From an uncultured Gammaproteobacteria bacterium (GTDB lineage: Bacteria > Patescibacteriota > Microgenomatia > Levybacterales > UBA12049): a stretch of DNA of 64,000 nt. Made by a program: the position numbers and the translations under genes. Below, piece after piece: positions 1 through 8,762 of this stretch (position 1 is its first letter; each line of letters starts with the position of its first letter). Location: positions 5,949 through 69,948 of the forward strand of contig CAYMJR010000001.1 of the NCBI GenBank assembly GCA_964391315.1, in the 5' to 3' direction. The notes under the pieces were generated by a model. It did no database searches. It was not told the DNA's origin and was given only the letters and a program-made list of their open reading frames with translations.

Positions 1-57
1 ACTCAAAAAAATTCAAAATATTGAAGAAAACAGAATAATTTGTATATACTACTTCCA

Positions 58-756
58 ATGAATAGAATTAATACGATATTTACTTTGTACTCTCTTACGG
101 TATTACTTATTATCGTCGAACGACTTCTGCCATATACAAGAGGTTTTTTCCAACCACATAATTTCATACAAGTACATCAACTTATCCAAGCACTCATTTT
201 TATCCCAGTAACTGTTATTTTGTCCTTCTTTGTTATGAAAATAATAACTCATGATTTCCAAGCTTTAAAAGACAAAAGGAATGCATTATTAGCAGGTATG
301 TTTGTTATCGGTGTTTATTTTTATGGTACAGGTGAAGGGTTACATGAAGTTGCAATCATTACACTACACAAATATTGCGGTCACTCACTCAGCGATCTAT
401 GCAGTGGACTTTTTATCAATAGTTATTATACAGGTAATATCATCTTTTTTATTGGTGGTGTTCTGATGAATTTTTCTCTCTTGGCACTAGCAAAAAAACT
501 TCCTACACATCCTCTTACAAAAAAAGATCTGGTAATTCTTACTATTAATAGTATTGTTTTTGCATTTACCTGGTTTGCCTATGCGGCTTTTGATACAGTG
601 TCTGTCGGGCTATTCTTCTCTGCATTGTTGATGATTGTTTCTCTGGGCTTTTTAACAGTAATAAGGAAAAAATGGAGAGCTTACCCTTTCATTATCTATA
701 GTGCTTTAGCTTACTCATTAGCAACAATCGCTACATTTATAGTAAGATTTTTTTAA
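58..756 (+). CDS. polytopic membrane protein, unknown function
   Basis: ORF track 40..756 starts at TTG. The in-frame ATG at 58 lies 7 nt after TATACT (45..50), so 58 is preferred. Translation is dominated by hydrophobic helices (IFTLYSLTVLLIIV, IIFFIGGVLMNFSLLALA). No family recognised. Confidence 0.6.
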   Translation: MNRINTIFTLYSLTVLLIIVERLLPYTRGFFQPHNFIQVHQLIQALIFIPVTVILSFFVMKIITHDFQALKDKRNALLAGMFVIGVYFYGTGEGLHEVAIITLHKYCGHSLSDLCSGLFINSYYTGNIIFFIGGVLMNFSLLALAKKLPTHPLTKKDLVILTINSIVFAFTWFAYAAFDTVSVGLFFSALLMIVSLGFLTVIRKKWRAYPFIIYSALAYSLATIATFIVRFF

Positions 757-767
757 TGAAGGACTCT

Positions 768-1130
768 TTATTTTTTAATATATTTTTTAACCGTATTTAT
801 CAGATCAAATGTTTCAAATGGCTTGGCAAGGAAACCATCAGCACCACATACTTTTGCATCCTTTGCTGCATAGTGATGAGCTGACATCATCACAACTGGT
901 ACATTTTTTAACTTCGCATTCTTTTTAAGATCTTTGCAAATTATTCTTCCATCACTTCCTGAGATTAACATATCAAGTAGGATAAGATCAGGTTTCAACT
1001 CCTCAATTTTTTTATAGTTATGCTCTACATTTTGAAAAGTAATAACTACATACCCTTCTTCTTCCAACAACAATAATATTGGTTCTAATATGTCTTTATC
1101 ATCATCAATAACAAGTATTTTTTTGCCCAT
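768..1130 (-). CDS. stand-alone response regulator receiver protein (CheY-like)
   Basis: 120 aa comprising a single receiver domain. Acidic pocket VIDDDKD, phospho-acceptor Asp in LILLDMLISG, MMSA, conserved Lys in LAKPF. No output domain. Starts 8 nt after the kinase stop. Confidence 0.9.
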   Translation of the reverse strand: MGKKILVIDDDKDILEPILLLLEEEGYVVITFQNVEHNYKKIEELKPDLILLDMLISGSDGRIICKDLKKNAKLKNVPVVMMSAHHYAAKDAKVCGADGFLAKPFETFDLINTVKKYIKK

Positions 1131-1138
1131 GAAATTAT

Positions 1139-2617
1139 TTAATTAGTGTTTTTATCGATTAACGGTAAACTAAAATAAAACTTTGAACCTTTTCCTTTGG
1201 TACTTTCTACCCATAATTTTCCTTTATGCCGTTGTATTATTTCTTTTGAGATATACAAACCAAGTCCCAATCCTGGAAATGTTTTTGCATTCGGTTGATT
1301 TATCTGGTACAAACGATCGAATATTCTTTGCTGCTGCTCTTTGTCAACCCCAATACCAAAATCTTGTACACTAACTACTACATCCTGTTTATGTTTGTTT
1401 ACTTTAATTATTATCTTTTTCCCTTCAGGAGAATATTTAATTGCATTCGAAAGAAGATTAACGAGTACCTGATAAATTCTATATCGATCTCCCCTTACGT
1501 ATAGATTACGTGCATTTGTTAATGTCATTTTATGATTATTTGTTGTCCCCTGCAATGCTTCGACTGTTTCATAAACCAATTTTGAGATATCAAATTCATT
1601 AAAGGTATAGTGTAATTTACCCGTCTGAATACCTGAAACATCAAGCAGGTCGTTCGTTAATTCTTTTAACCTATTTACTTGATCACGTATTCTTCCATTG
1701 AAATATTTTGTTTTGGTTAGATCTTTTTTCTCAAGCTGTTTTTGCTGCAAATCAACAAACATTTTTAAACTGGTAATGGGTGTTTTCAGTTCATGACTTA
1801 CCATGTTTAAGAAATCATCTTTTTGCTGGTTGATTTCCTTTTGTGGCGTAATGTCACTAATTGTGGTTGCAACCGCAATAAGTTTCTTTTTACTGTTTTG
1901 TATAGGAGCAGTATTCACTTGAATAAATGTTTTTTTCCCATGCTTACTTTCAAAAAGTATTTCTCGTCCAATAATAGGTTTTCCAGTAGTAAGCGTATTA
2001 AATGATGGCGCACTGGTCGGAATTATTGCTTTATCATTTATCTTAGCATTAGGTAAGTTATCTTCCCCTATTTTAAATCCTATGGGAATTTTAACACCAA
2101 GTATTCTATTAACATTCTTATTTATATGAGTAACTCTTCCGACATTATCCGTAATTATTGCACCAACTGGTAATTGCTGAATGATAGTTTCTAAACGCTT
2201 TCTTTCGTCTGCTTGTGTTTCAATTAATCTATCTATTTCTTCTTTAAGCCATCCAATGATAAATCCAATGAAAAAATATATGACACCAAGAATTACCGTA
2301 GTGATGACTCCTACAGTTAATTGTCCTCCAGTATAATGACGAGTATAAATGATATAAAAATAATAATCGATAGCAATTGCAGATGCTATAAACCCTCCCC
2401 GCAGACCCTCTCTAAATGAAAAATAAATAACTAATATGACATTAACGAAAATTATGTAATTTCCAACTGCTAGTGGGGACTTTGCAATACCATAGGTATA
2501 TGCTTCTGACAAAATGCAAACAACGATATTAACAAGAAGAGGAAATAAGACTGCATACCTCCGCTCGCCCAAATGAACCATCGGATTAAGATACCGAAGT
2601 ATTTTCTGTACTATCAT
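1139..2617 (-). CDS. sensor histidine kinase (multi-TM sensor, PAS, HisKA, HATPase)
   Basis: N-terminal multi-helix membrane block resembling the KdpD-type DUF4118 module, followed by a PAS-like region. H-box FLNMVSHELKTPITSL, N-box LVNLLSNAIKYSP, G-boxes QDFGIGV and GLGLGLYISKEI. Confidence 0.9.
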   Translation of the reverse strand: MIVQKILRYLNPMVHLGERRYAVLFPLLVNIVVCILSEAYTYGIAKSPLAVGNYIIFVNVILVIYFSFREGLRGGFIASAIAIDYYFYIIYTRHYTGGQLTVGVITTVILGVIYFFIGFIIGWLKEEIDRLIETQADERKRLETIIQQLPVGAIITDNVGRVTHINKNVNRILGVKIPIGFKIGEDNLPNAKINDKAIIPTSAPSFNTLTTGKPIIGREILFESKHGKKTFIQVNTAPIQNSKKKLIAVATTISDITPQKEINQQKDDFLNMVSHELKTPITSLKMFVDLQQKQLEKKDLTKTKYFNGRIRDQVNRLKELTNDLLDVSGIQTGKLHYTFNEFDISKLVYETVEALQGTTNNHKMTLTNARNLYVRGDRYRIYQVLVNLLSNAIKYSPEGKKIIIKVNKHKQDVVVSVQDFGIGVDKEQQQRIFDRLYQINQPNAKTFPGLGLGLYISKEIIQRHKGKLWVESTKGKGSKFYFSLPLIDKNTN

Positions 2618-2725
2618 GTGATTATAACAGAACGAGATTCGTTATAGGCATGTTACTCTAATCACTATCATTTTGCAATGCATGAATACAAAAAAACTAT
2701 AACTATTTTATTTTCAAAACTACTG

Positions 2726-2734
2726 TGATATACT
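2726..2734 (+). promoter_or_regulatory. extended -10 box TGaTATACT, 6 nt before ATG 2741 (leaderless-type promoter)
   Basis: Read directly: tgatatact followed by tttttt and then ATG. Same geometry as more than 12 other genes in the window. Confidence 0.45.
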
Positions 2735-2740
2735 TTTTTT

Positions 2741-3163
2741 ATGGTGAAGATGGATCCAGTTGTACATTTTGAAATGCCTGCAAAGGACAAAAAAAGAACC
2801 GCTGCATTTTACTCCAAAGTTTTCGGATGGCAAATGAACCAACTTGGCGCTGAAATGGGTAACTATCTTTTAGCAGGTACCACAGAAGTCGATGAAAACC
2901 GAATGCCAAAAACTCCAGGCGCAATTAATGGTGGCTTCTTTGAATATCAAGAAAAAGAAGGCTTTAATGTTCCCCATTTAGTTATTTCTGTTGATAATCT
3001 TGAAGAATCAATGAAAAAAGTAGAAGAAGCCGGAGGAAAAATACTTGGCGGCGCAAAAGGTCGGGGAACAATTGATGATATCCCAGGTATTGGCCGCTAT
3101 GTTTCTTTTGAAGATTCTGAAGGCAACCATGTCGGCATGCTTCAACCCGCCCCAAGGCAGTAA
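2741..3163 (+). CDS. VOC (glyoxalase/bleomycin-resistance/dioxygenase) family protein
   Basis: 140 aa. N-terminal VHFEMPAKDKKRTAAFYSKVFGW and C-terminal GRYVSFEDSEGNHVGMLQP are typical paired beta-alpha-beta-beta-beta VOC modules. Confidence 0.8.
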   Translation: MVKMDPVVHFEMPAKDKKRTAAFYSKVFGWQMNQLGAEMGNYLLAGTTEVDENRMPKTPGAINGGFFEYQEKEGFNVPHLVISVDNLEESMKKVEEAGGKILGGAKGRGTIDDIPGIGRYVSFEDSEGNHVGMLQPAPRQ

Positions 3164-3188
3164 AGATTGATTTCTCGATATATTAGAT

Positions 3189-3194
3189 TATAAT
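3189..3194 (+). promoter_or_regulatory. -10 box TATAAT, 6 nt before ATG 3201
   Basis: Read directly: gattataat ttcatc ATG. Confidence 0.45.
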
Positions 3195-3200
3195 TTCATC

Positions 3201-4262
3201 ATGTTCATTTTTTCTCTCATTGGCTTGGCAATCATTTTGATTATCCTGTGGGATGCTTTTGAAACAGTCGTGCTGCCACGAAGAGTCACTAGAAAAATCC
3301 GACTTGCCCGAATTTATTATCGTACCCTTTGGCCTCTTTGGAGAAAAGGTGCAAAAAAATTTAAGAACAGCTCTTCTAAAGAAGCATACCTTGGCTACTT
3401 TGGTCCTCTTTCTCAGCTTTTTCTGTTAATGCTGTGGGAAGCTGGACTCATTATAGGGTTTGCTCTTGTGGATTTTGGAGTACAACTTCGATTATCACAT
3501 GTTTTTAATCACTGGGACTTCTTTGAATACATACTTGCTAGCGGAGGAGCGTTTCTTCCTCTCGAATTTTCAGATCTTGGAGCAATTGATCCATTTGGAA
3601 AAATTCTCTATATCATTGAGTCAGCAATCGGTATTGGTTTCCTGGCACTGCTCGTTGGTTATTTTCCTGTTCAATATGAGTCTTTCTCCAGACGCGAAAT
3701 ACATATCAACCTTCTTGATCCCCGGGCTGGCTCACCTCCGAGCGTTTTGCATTTTATAAAAAATTATTCAGGAAACGGCAATCAAAACTCGTTTCAGACA
3801 CTCCTTGAGAATTGGGAGGTGTGGTGTGCAGAACTTTTAGAATCTCATTTATCGTATCCAATTTTAGCGTATTACCGCTCACAACACGATCATCAATCAT
3901 GGGTTTCAGCGCTTCTTGCTATGTTAGATGTATCAGCAATGGTCATGATTGGTATTGATGGCATTCCCCGTGATCAAGCCAAATTTACCTTCTTAATGGG
4001 ACGTCATGCAGTGACAGATTTAAGTAGCTTATTTTATCGCAAACCAAAAAAGAACCATAAAGACAGACTTCCGTCTACAGATTTTAAAAAATTGCGTACT
4101 ATTCTTAAACAACATGGTATTCCACTTACAGCAGAAAAAGATGCAGAAAAACGGCTGAAAGAATTAAGAGATTCTTATGAACCGCATATTCAAGTATTAT
4201 CAGAATACTTTCTCATGCCTATCCAACCATTTCTTTCGCCACAAACCAAACTAGCAGATTAG
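3201..4262 (+). CDS. membrane protein, possibly ion-channel related; function unknown
   Basis: 353 aa. N-terminal TM helix then WDAFETVVLPRRVTRK, with further helices to about aa 170 and a soluble C-terminal half. The N-terminal motif recalls proteins annotated as potassium-channel-family, but no pore signature (TVGYG) is seen. Confidence 0.6.
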   Translation: MFIFSLIGLAIILIILWDAFETVVLPRRVTRKIRLARIYYRTLWPLWRKGAKKFKNSSSKEAYLGYFGPLSQLFLLMLWEAGLIIGFALVDFGVQLRLSHVFNHWDFFEYILASGGAFLPLEFSDLGAIDPFGKILYIIESAIGIGFLALLVGYFPVQYESFSRREIHINLLDPRAGSPPSVLHFIKNYSGNGNQNSFQTLLENWEVWCAELLESHLSYPILAYYRSQHDHQSWVSALLAMLDVSAMVMIGIDGIPRDQAKFTFLMGRHAVTDLSSLFYRKPKKNHKDRLPSTDFKKLRTILKQHGIPLTAEKDAEKRLKELRDSYEPHIQVLSEYFLMPIQPFLSPQTKLAD

Positions 4263-4317
4263 AACGTATTTTCATACACTATTTATAAATATCCATTAAC
4301 AATTTTGTAAATAAATT

Positions 4318-4326
4318 TGATACACT
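4318..4326 (+). promoter_or_regulatory. extended -10 box TGaTACACT, 6 nt before GTG 4333
   Basis: Read directly: tgatacact gaaaac GTG. Confidence 0.4.
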
Positions 4327-4332
4327 GAAAAC

Positions 4333-4977
4333 GTGAAAAATATCAGACTTACTGTTATTTTGTTGCTGATTATTGTTTTTTTGATCGCAGGCTATTTTTT
4401 CATTCTGCAATTTCGTAAATCTGGACCTACACCTTCGATATCTCCTTCCCCTACTTCGTCACTCTCTCCAACTAATTCCCTACCACCTGCAGCGAGTGCT
4501 TCGCCAACGGCTACGAAGGGTACGCCAACAACACAAACCTCTACCCCTCCATGTACCAACGATCAATTAGCAGCAACGATAGCTGCCCAAGGAGGCGCTG
4601 GGAATATCTTTGGAACACTAGAACTGACCAATACGGGAGCAACAACCTGTTCAGTAGTACTTGGCAACACAATCATTGAAACAACACCTGCAACAAATGT
4701 AACAGTTCACTATCAACAAACAGCTACGACACAAGTATTCGTGCTTAAGCCGCATGCCAAAGCATATTCGCAAGTCCACTATCCCAATGGACCACAATGT
4801 TCAAGCGGTGTTACACCACAACCTATTACCTTTCTCTACAAATCAGATCAAACAGCAGTCCCATTCCAATCAACAGCACCTCAGACAGGAACGCTCATGA
4901 TACAAGCATGTACTTCACAGACTGAAAAAACTGTTGTCGATATCTGGCCGCTTTCACAATCTCCTATTACTCCTTAG
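4333..4977 (+). CDS. secreted/anchored protein with S/T/P-rich linker and DUF4232-like domain
   Basis: GTG start and N-terminal TM anchor (LTVILLLIIVFLIAGYFFIL), then a PSPTSSLSPT linker. The domain begins CTNDQLAATIAAQGGAGNIFGTLELTNTGATTCSVVLG, which is the pattern of DUF4232. Confidence 0.6.
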   Translation: MKNIRLTVILLLIIVFLIAGYFFILQFRKSGPTPSISPSPTSSLSPTNSLPPAASASPTATKGTPTTQTSTPPCTNDQLAATIAAQGGAGNIFGTLELTNTGATTCSVVLGNTIIETTPATNVTVHYQQTATTQVFVLKPHAKAYSQVHYPNGPQCSSGVTPQPITFLYKSDQTAVPFQSTAPQTGTLMIQACTSQTEKTVVDIWPLSQSPITP

Positions 4978-4994
4978 AGAAACGTAAAAAATCT

Positions 4995-5003
4995 TGCTAT
5001 AAT
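4995..5003 (+). promoter_or_regulatory. extended -10 box TGcTATAAT, 6 nt before ATG 5010
   Basis: Read directly: ttgctataat tgcctc ATG. Confidence 0.5.
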
Positions 5004-5009
5004 TGCCTC

Positions 5010-5780
5010 ATGAATGATGAAACAATTCGATTAGACAAGCATCTTGCAAATCTTGGAATCTGCTCACGGCGTGCAGTTGATGAGTTGTTGGAGAAAAATA
5101 TCGTCACAATTAATACCAAACGAGTAACGAAGTCTGGAGTACGACTTGATCCGAAAAAAGATGTCATTCTCATCAATGGAGAAAAACCAAAAAGACCAAC
5201 ACTCAAATATTATTTGCTTAATAAACCTAAAGGCTACATCTCGACAACCGCTGATGAACGTTCAAGAAAAAATGTTGTTTCTCTCATCAAAACAAATGAG
5301 CGGGTTTATCCTGTTGGCAGACTTGATAAAGATACCACAGGGCTGTTAATTTTAACCAATGATGGCGAGCTTACCAACCTCCTTACTCACCCACGATACC
5401 ATATTGCCAAAACATACCGCTTAACTGTTACTGGAGTTGTATCACAAGAACAACTCCAAAGATTCCGCAAAGGCATGTTGCTTGATGATGGCCCGACATC
5501 ACCTGCAGAAGTAAAAGTAGTAAACAAAAATGCGCAGGAAACAATCCTTGATATGACTATTCATGAAGGACGCAATAGACAAATACGAAGAATGTGCACC
5601 GAAGTAAAAGTGGATCTGAAAGAGCTTGAGAGAATCGCGATTGGTTCAATTCGTGATCAGAATCTGAAACTTGGTAAATATCGCGAGCTCTCCAAAAGTG
5701 AAATAAAGACACTTTTTACATATATCCACCAGAAGCAATCGCCTGACTCTCGAGTTGAACAATATCAGCAAAGAAGTTAA
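5010..5780 (+). CDS. pseudouridine synthase, RsuA/RluB family (S4 domain plus catalytic domain)
   Basis: S4 RNA-binding N-terminus IRLDKHLANLGICSRR. Catalytic motif GRLDKDTTGLLILTNDG. C-terminal EGRNRQIRRM. The last 65 nt overlap the convergent hydrolase gene. Confidence 0.85.
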   Translation: MNDETIRLDKHLANLGICSRRAVDELLEKNIVTINTKRVTKSGVRLDPKKDVILINGEKPKRPTLKYYLLNKPKGYISTTADERSRKNVVSLIKTNERVYPVGRLDKDTTGLLILTNDGELTNLLTHPRYHIAKTYRLTVTGVVSQEQLQRFRKGMLLDDGPTSPAEVKVVNKNAQETILDMTIHEGRNRQIRRMCTEVKVDLKELERIAIGSIRDQNLKLGKYRELSKSEIKTLFTYIHQKQSPDSRVEQYQQRS

Positions 5781-6594
5781 TCATCTCCCGATTGATATCT
5801 GCTGCATGTGTCCAAGGGATTCCGTGCGGTGCATTTTTCAATACAACCAATTTGCTTCCCTTTAGTTCTTCATGCAGACGCTTCCCAGTAATTGGAAACG
5901 GCAGAATCCGGTCAGCATCCCCTTGAATGATAAGGGTTGGGACATCAATCCGCTTTACATCTTCCCGAAAATCAGTCAGCCACGCCGGCACACAATCATA
6001 CGTCCCCTTGGGAGAAGCATTGACCGCTACATTCCAATTGGACTCCACAACTTCGGGACTGACAAGCTTATCAAGAGTGACATCAAGATTATAGAAATCT
6101 GAAAAGAATTTTGTGAGATAAGCAGGACGGTCTTCTGCAATACTTTTCATAAATCCATCAAACATACTCTGATCTACTCCCTGAGGATTGTCATCTGTCT
6201 TGAGAAGAAACGGCGGAATTGGAGAAACCAAAACAGCTCCACTGACCCGATCTGATCCATACTTACTAATATATCGTGTTACTTCCCCTGTCCCCATTGA
6301 ATGACCGACAAGAAAAGCATCCCGTAAATCAAGTTCTGTCATCAATATATCCAAATCCGCTGCAAAAGTATCGTAATCATAACCAAACGTTGGTTGACTG
6401 GATTTTCCAAATCCACGTCTATCATAGGTGATTGTTCGGAACCCTGCTTTCAAAAGTGCCATAACTTCTTTTTCCCACGCAACGCCGCTCATTGGAAATC
6501 CATGGATAAGAACAACAGGTTGACCTTTTCCATGATCTTCGAAATAAAGATTAACCTTGGTTGTATTTTCCCGATCTACAGTAAGTAATGACAT
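5716..6594 (-). CDS. alpha/beta hydrolase (non-haem haloperoxidase/arylesterase-like)
   Basis: HGFPMSG oxyanion region, nucleophile elbow GHSMGTGE, Asp in QGDADRILP, His in NAPHGIPWTH. ATG at 6594 lies 8 nt after TATAAT (minus strand, 6603..6608) and is preferred to TTG at 6600. Confidence 0.85.
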   Translation of the reverse strand: MSLLTVDRENTTKVNLYFEDHGKGQPVVLIHGFPMSGVAWEKEVMALLKAGFRTITYDRRGFGKSSQPTFGYDYDTFAADLDILMTELDLRDAFLVGHSMGTGEVTRYISKYGSDRVSGAVLVSPIPPFLLKTDDNPQGVDQSMFDGFMKSIAEDRPAYLTKFFSDFYNLDVTLDKLVSPEVVESNWNVAVNASPKGTYDCVPAWLTDFREDVKRIDVPTLIIQGDADRILPFPITGKRLHEELKGSKLVVLKNAPHGIPWTHAADINREMINFFADIVQLESQAIASGGYM

Positions 6595-6653
6595 AGGCAA
6601 CGATTATAAAAATCAATTACAAGATCCAGGTAACGTTCTGGTAATAAGGGAGT

Positions 6654-6687
6654 AAAAAAAGGCCGGAGTTTAACGAAAAACTCCGGC
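6654..6687 (-). terminator. Rho-independent terminator (minus strand)
   Basis: Minus strand reads GCCGGAGTTT-TTCGTT-AAACTCCGGC, a perfect 10-bp stem, followed by C and TTTTTTT. Confidence 0.65.
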
Positions 6688-6711
6688 ACATTTTTAGTAT
6701 GGTCGCTCCTT

Positions 6712-6798
6712 TTATGGAGTAGGTGTTGGGCTCACCTGATTTTTATGCCCAAACCATCGTCCGCGCATTCCTCCGCGAATGCCGCCTGGTCCAGGCAT
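6712..6798 (-). CDS. candidate 28-aa Gly/Arg/Pro-rich peptide (MPGPGGIRGGMRGRWFGHKNQVSPTPTP)
   Basis: Not in the ORF track because it is under 60 aa. ATG 6798 lies 6 nt after TAACAT (6805..6810, minus). The stop lies 25 nt before the terminator at 6654..6687. Locally GC-rich. No homolog recognised. Confidence 0.3.
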   Translation of the reverse strand: MPGPGGIRGGMRGRWFGHKNQVSPTPTP

Positions 6799-6864
6799 GA
6801 TAATATGTTAATCTACAATATCAGGTGATTCTTAAATGAGGCTTAAAGAGAAAAAGGATGGTAC

Positions 6865-7332
6865 TTAAGGCATGATTTGAATGAAATCTCCGTCTACTTT
6901 TTCTTTATCAGAACGGAGATCAAGCCACCGCATCCATAAAGGAATAACTTTATATGCAACAATGTCATTTCTTTCAGGTCTCAATTGGAAAAGTGGAGCA
7001 ACATAGTCATTTTTTAGGAAATTTTGTCTGAGCAGATCCATCGTTTTATCAAACTCTTTCGGATCAGTGATCCTTTGTGCTGTTCCCTGGATCTGTGCAG
7101 TAACTGGCTCATTCTCTGTCCCAATGACGAGAGCTACTTTAGGATTAGTCTCAAGATTGGTATATTTTCTTGAAAAGTTTTTAGTCATGAAATAAAATGT
7201 AAATTTCCCATCAACAACAAAGTAAATTGTTGCTGACTCTGGCTGTCCATCAGACGAAACTGTTGAGATAACAGCAACAGAATTACTTCTTAAAAATTCC
7301 ATAAAATCCAATTGTATCTTTGTATCAACCAT
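6865..7332 (-). CDS. pyridoxamine 5'-phosphate oxidase-like (general stress protein 26-like) FMN-binding protein
   Basis: 155 aa split-barrel pattern: VAVISTVSSDGQPESATIYFVVDGKFTFYFMT...NPKVALVIG. Confidence 0.7.
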   Translation of the reverse strand: MVDTKIQLDFMEFLRSNSVAVISTVSSDGQPESATIYFVVDGKFTFYFMTKNFSRKYTNLETNPKVALVIGTENEPVTAQIQGTAQRITDPKEFDKTMDLLRQNFLKNDYVAPLFQLRPERNDIVAYKVIPLWMRWLDLRSDKEKVDGDFIQIMP

Positions 7333-7341
7333 ATATATTTA

Positions 7342-7581
7342 CTAATCATCCTCTTCTTCATTATTCCTATGAATGATTGGACGCTGTATCTGCGCAGGGG
7401 GCTGAGTTGGTGTGGGTGATACCGCAATCCTTGTTTCTGCTATCGGTGTTTGAGATACTGAAGGTGTAGTAACTTCCTGTTGAGAAGCAAACACTAATGA
7501 ACTACCAAGAAGACCTAATACAAATATGATGAATATCGCACTGATAAGATTATTCTTCATATCATTGAAAGTATACCACAT
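7342..7581 (-). CDS. small signal-anchored protein with PT-rich tail
   Basis: ATG at 7581 (the track start 7584 is TTG). TM helix ISAIFIIFVLGLLGSSLVFA, then VSPTPTQPPAQ and an acidic C-terminus EEEDD. Confidence 0.5.
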   Translation of the reverse strand: MWYTFNDMKNNLISAIFIIFVLGLLGSSLVFASQQEVTTPSVSQTPIAETRIAVSPTPTQPPAQIQRPIIHRNNEEEDD

Positions 7582-7672
7582 CAATTTTATAATAAGTCTA
7601 TGCCTTTGAAAAAAATTCTGTCTACACTCTCCCGTTCTTGTCTACGGCTGGTACTTTCTTTTTTATCAACAG

Positions 7673-7828
7673 ATTCCTCCAAGCAAACTTAATGTTCTTG
7701 GGGCAAAAACCAAACAACAACTTAATGCAGATGGCGTGATGACGCGGTGGTCAAATCCGTCTTTTACTTTCAATCATGAAAAATCTATTATTATCGATAG
7801 GAATGAAGCATGTATCTTGAGCCAATAA
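7673..7828 (+). pseudogene. truncated remnant of a phospholipase D / HKD-family gene
   Basis: Open frame without a usable start: ...KLNVLGAKTKQQLNADGVMTRWSNPSFTFNHEKSIIIDRNEACILSQ*. HEKSIIID fits HxK(x)4D. The frame ends just after the motif, abutting the uspA stop. The N-terminal bulk of the family is absent. Confidence 0.35.
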
Positions 7829-8317
7829 TCATTTTTTCTGAGGATGGACGATCAACACAGGACATGAAGCATATCTCACGACATAATCCGTCACAGAACC
7901 AAGCAATACTCTTTCTAGACCTGAAGTCCCATGGGTTGCCATAATGATAAGATCTGCTTTGACATTGTTTGCAGCATCAACAATTTCCTCTTCAGGTACA
8001 CCTTCGGCAACTTCTGTTTCGACGGCTCCTGCACCGGCATCCTCAAATTGCTGTTTTACTTTTTCCAAATATTCCTTTGCTCCTTTTTTATTAAACTCTG
8101 AAATCGCGACAGCCGTTGTCGGTGTCATTGCAACAGGTGCAGTCAAATTTGTTGATGGAGCAGCTGCCGTTGCTTGTCCAACTACTTCAGATACCGAAAA
8201 AAGCAATATGTGAGCGTTGAAGTTTTTTGCGAGAAGCACAGCATGAGGAAACGCCTCTGATGCAAAGTCTGAACCATCAGTTGTGACCAGAATATTCTGA
8301 TACTTGATTTCTTTCAT
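7829..8317 (-). CDS. universal stress protein (UspA family)
   Basis: NILVTTDGSDFASEA at the N-terminus. ATP-binding-type C-terminal motif MATHGTSGLERVLLGSVTDYVVRYASCPVLIV. Confidence 0.85.
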   Translation of the reverse strand: MKEIKYQNILVTTDGSDFASEAFPHAVLLAKNFNAHILLFSVSEVVGQATAAAPSTNLTAPVAMTPTTAVAISEFNKKGAKEYLEKVKQQFEDAGAGAVETEVAEGVPEEEIVDAANNVKADLIIMATHGTSGLERVLLGSVTDYVVRYASCPVLIVHPQKK

Positions 8318-8349
8318 GGCAAGAAAAATATACTCTCTCCCCCCTTCTT

Positions 8350-8655
8350 TCAGTGATCTTGGTCACGTTTTTCAAAACGGTACCAATCCCTGGGATCGTT
8401 GCTTGGCTTTTCATTAGTGTAGAAAAACAGAAGTTTCTCTTCTTCGAATATCCGGAAAAATTCATCCCAGGAGATATCCCGCGTTTGATTTGCTTCACTG
8501 AGCAACTCTTCATCTTTTTTTCCCGGAAAATCCAGCCTAATTCCGACCATATCTCCCCGCGCTTGCGGATGATCAATGATTGCCGGTCTGGCGCTATTTT
8601 CAATCGCCCATTTTTTTATTTCTTTATGATCTGTCGTTCGATATATTCCATCCAT
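8350..8655 (-). CDS. hypothetical protein
   Basis: The track ORF starts with TTG at 8694. The first ATG, at 8655, gives MDGIYRTTDHKEIKKWAIEN... (101 aa, hydrophilic). No family recognised. Confidence 0.5.
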   Translation of the reverse strand: MDGIYRTTDHKEIKKWAIENSARPAIIDHPQARGDMVGIRLDFPGKKDEELLSEANQTRDISWDEFFRIFEEEKLLFFYTNEKPSNDPRDWYRFEKRDQDH

Positions 8656-8762
8656 ACTGCACCATAATAAACTTCTCCTGTAAAGTTTGTACAAACAAAA
8701 CGTAAGAGTGTGCTAAGAAGAAAATGTGTGGTGGCCACCACTTCCCAAAAGTAACTTACACA

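Noticed and set aside
14-27. TTCAA-N4-TTGAA palindrome near the window edge as a possible Crp/Fnr-type site.
   Set aside because: It is a 5-bp half-site in AT-rich DNA, does not match the TTGAT-N4-ATCAA or TGTGA-N6-TCACA consensus, and its context is truncated by the window edge.
8656-8694. Possible 13-codon upstream ORF (AGGAG, 9 nt, ATGGTGCAG...) overlapping the start of 8350..8655.
   Set aside because: It is too short, there is no supporting conservation evidence, and a chance SD-like string is plausible.
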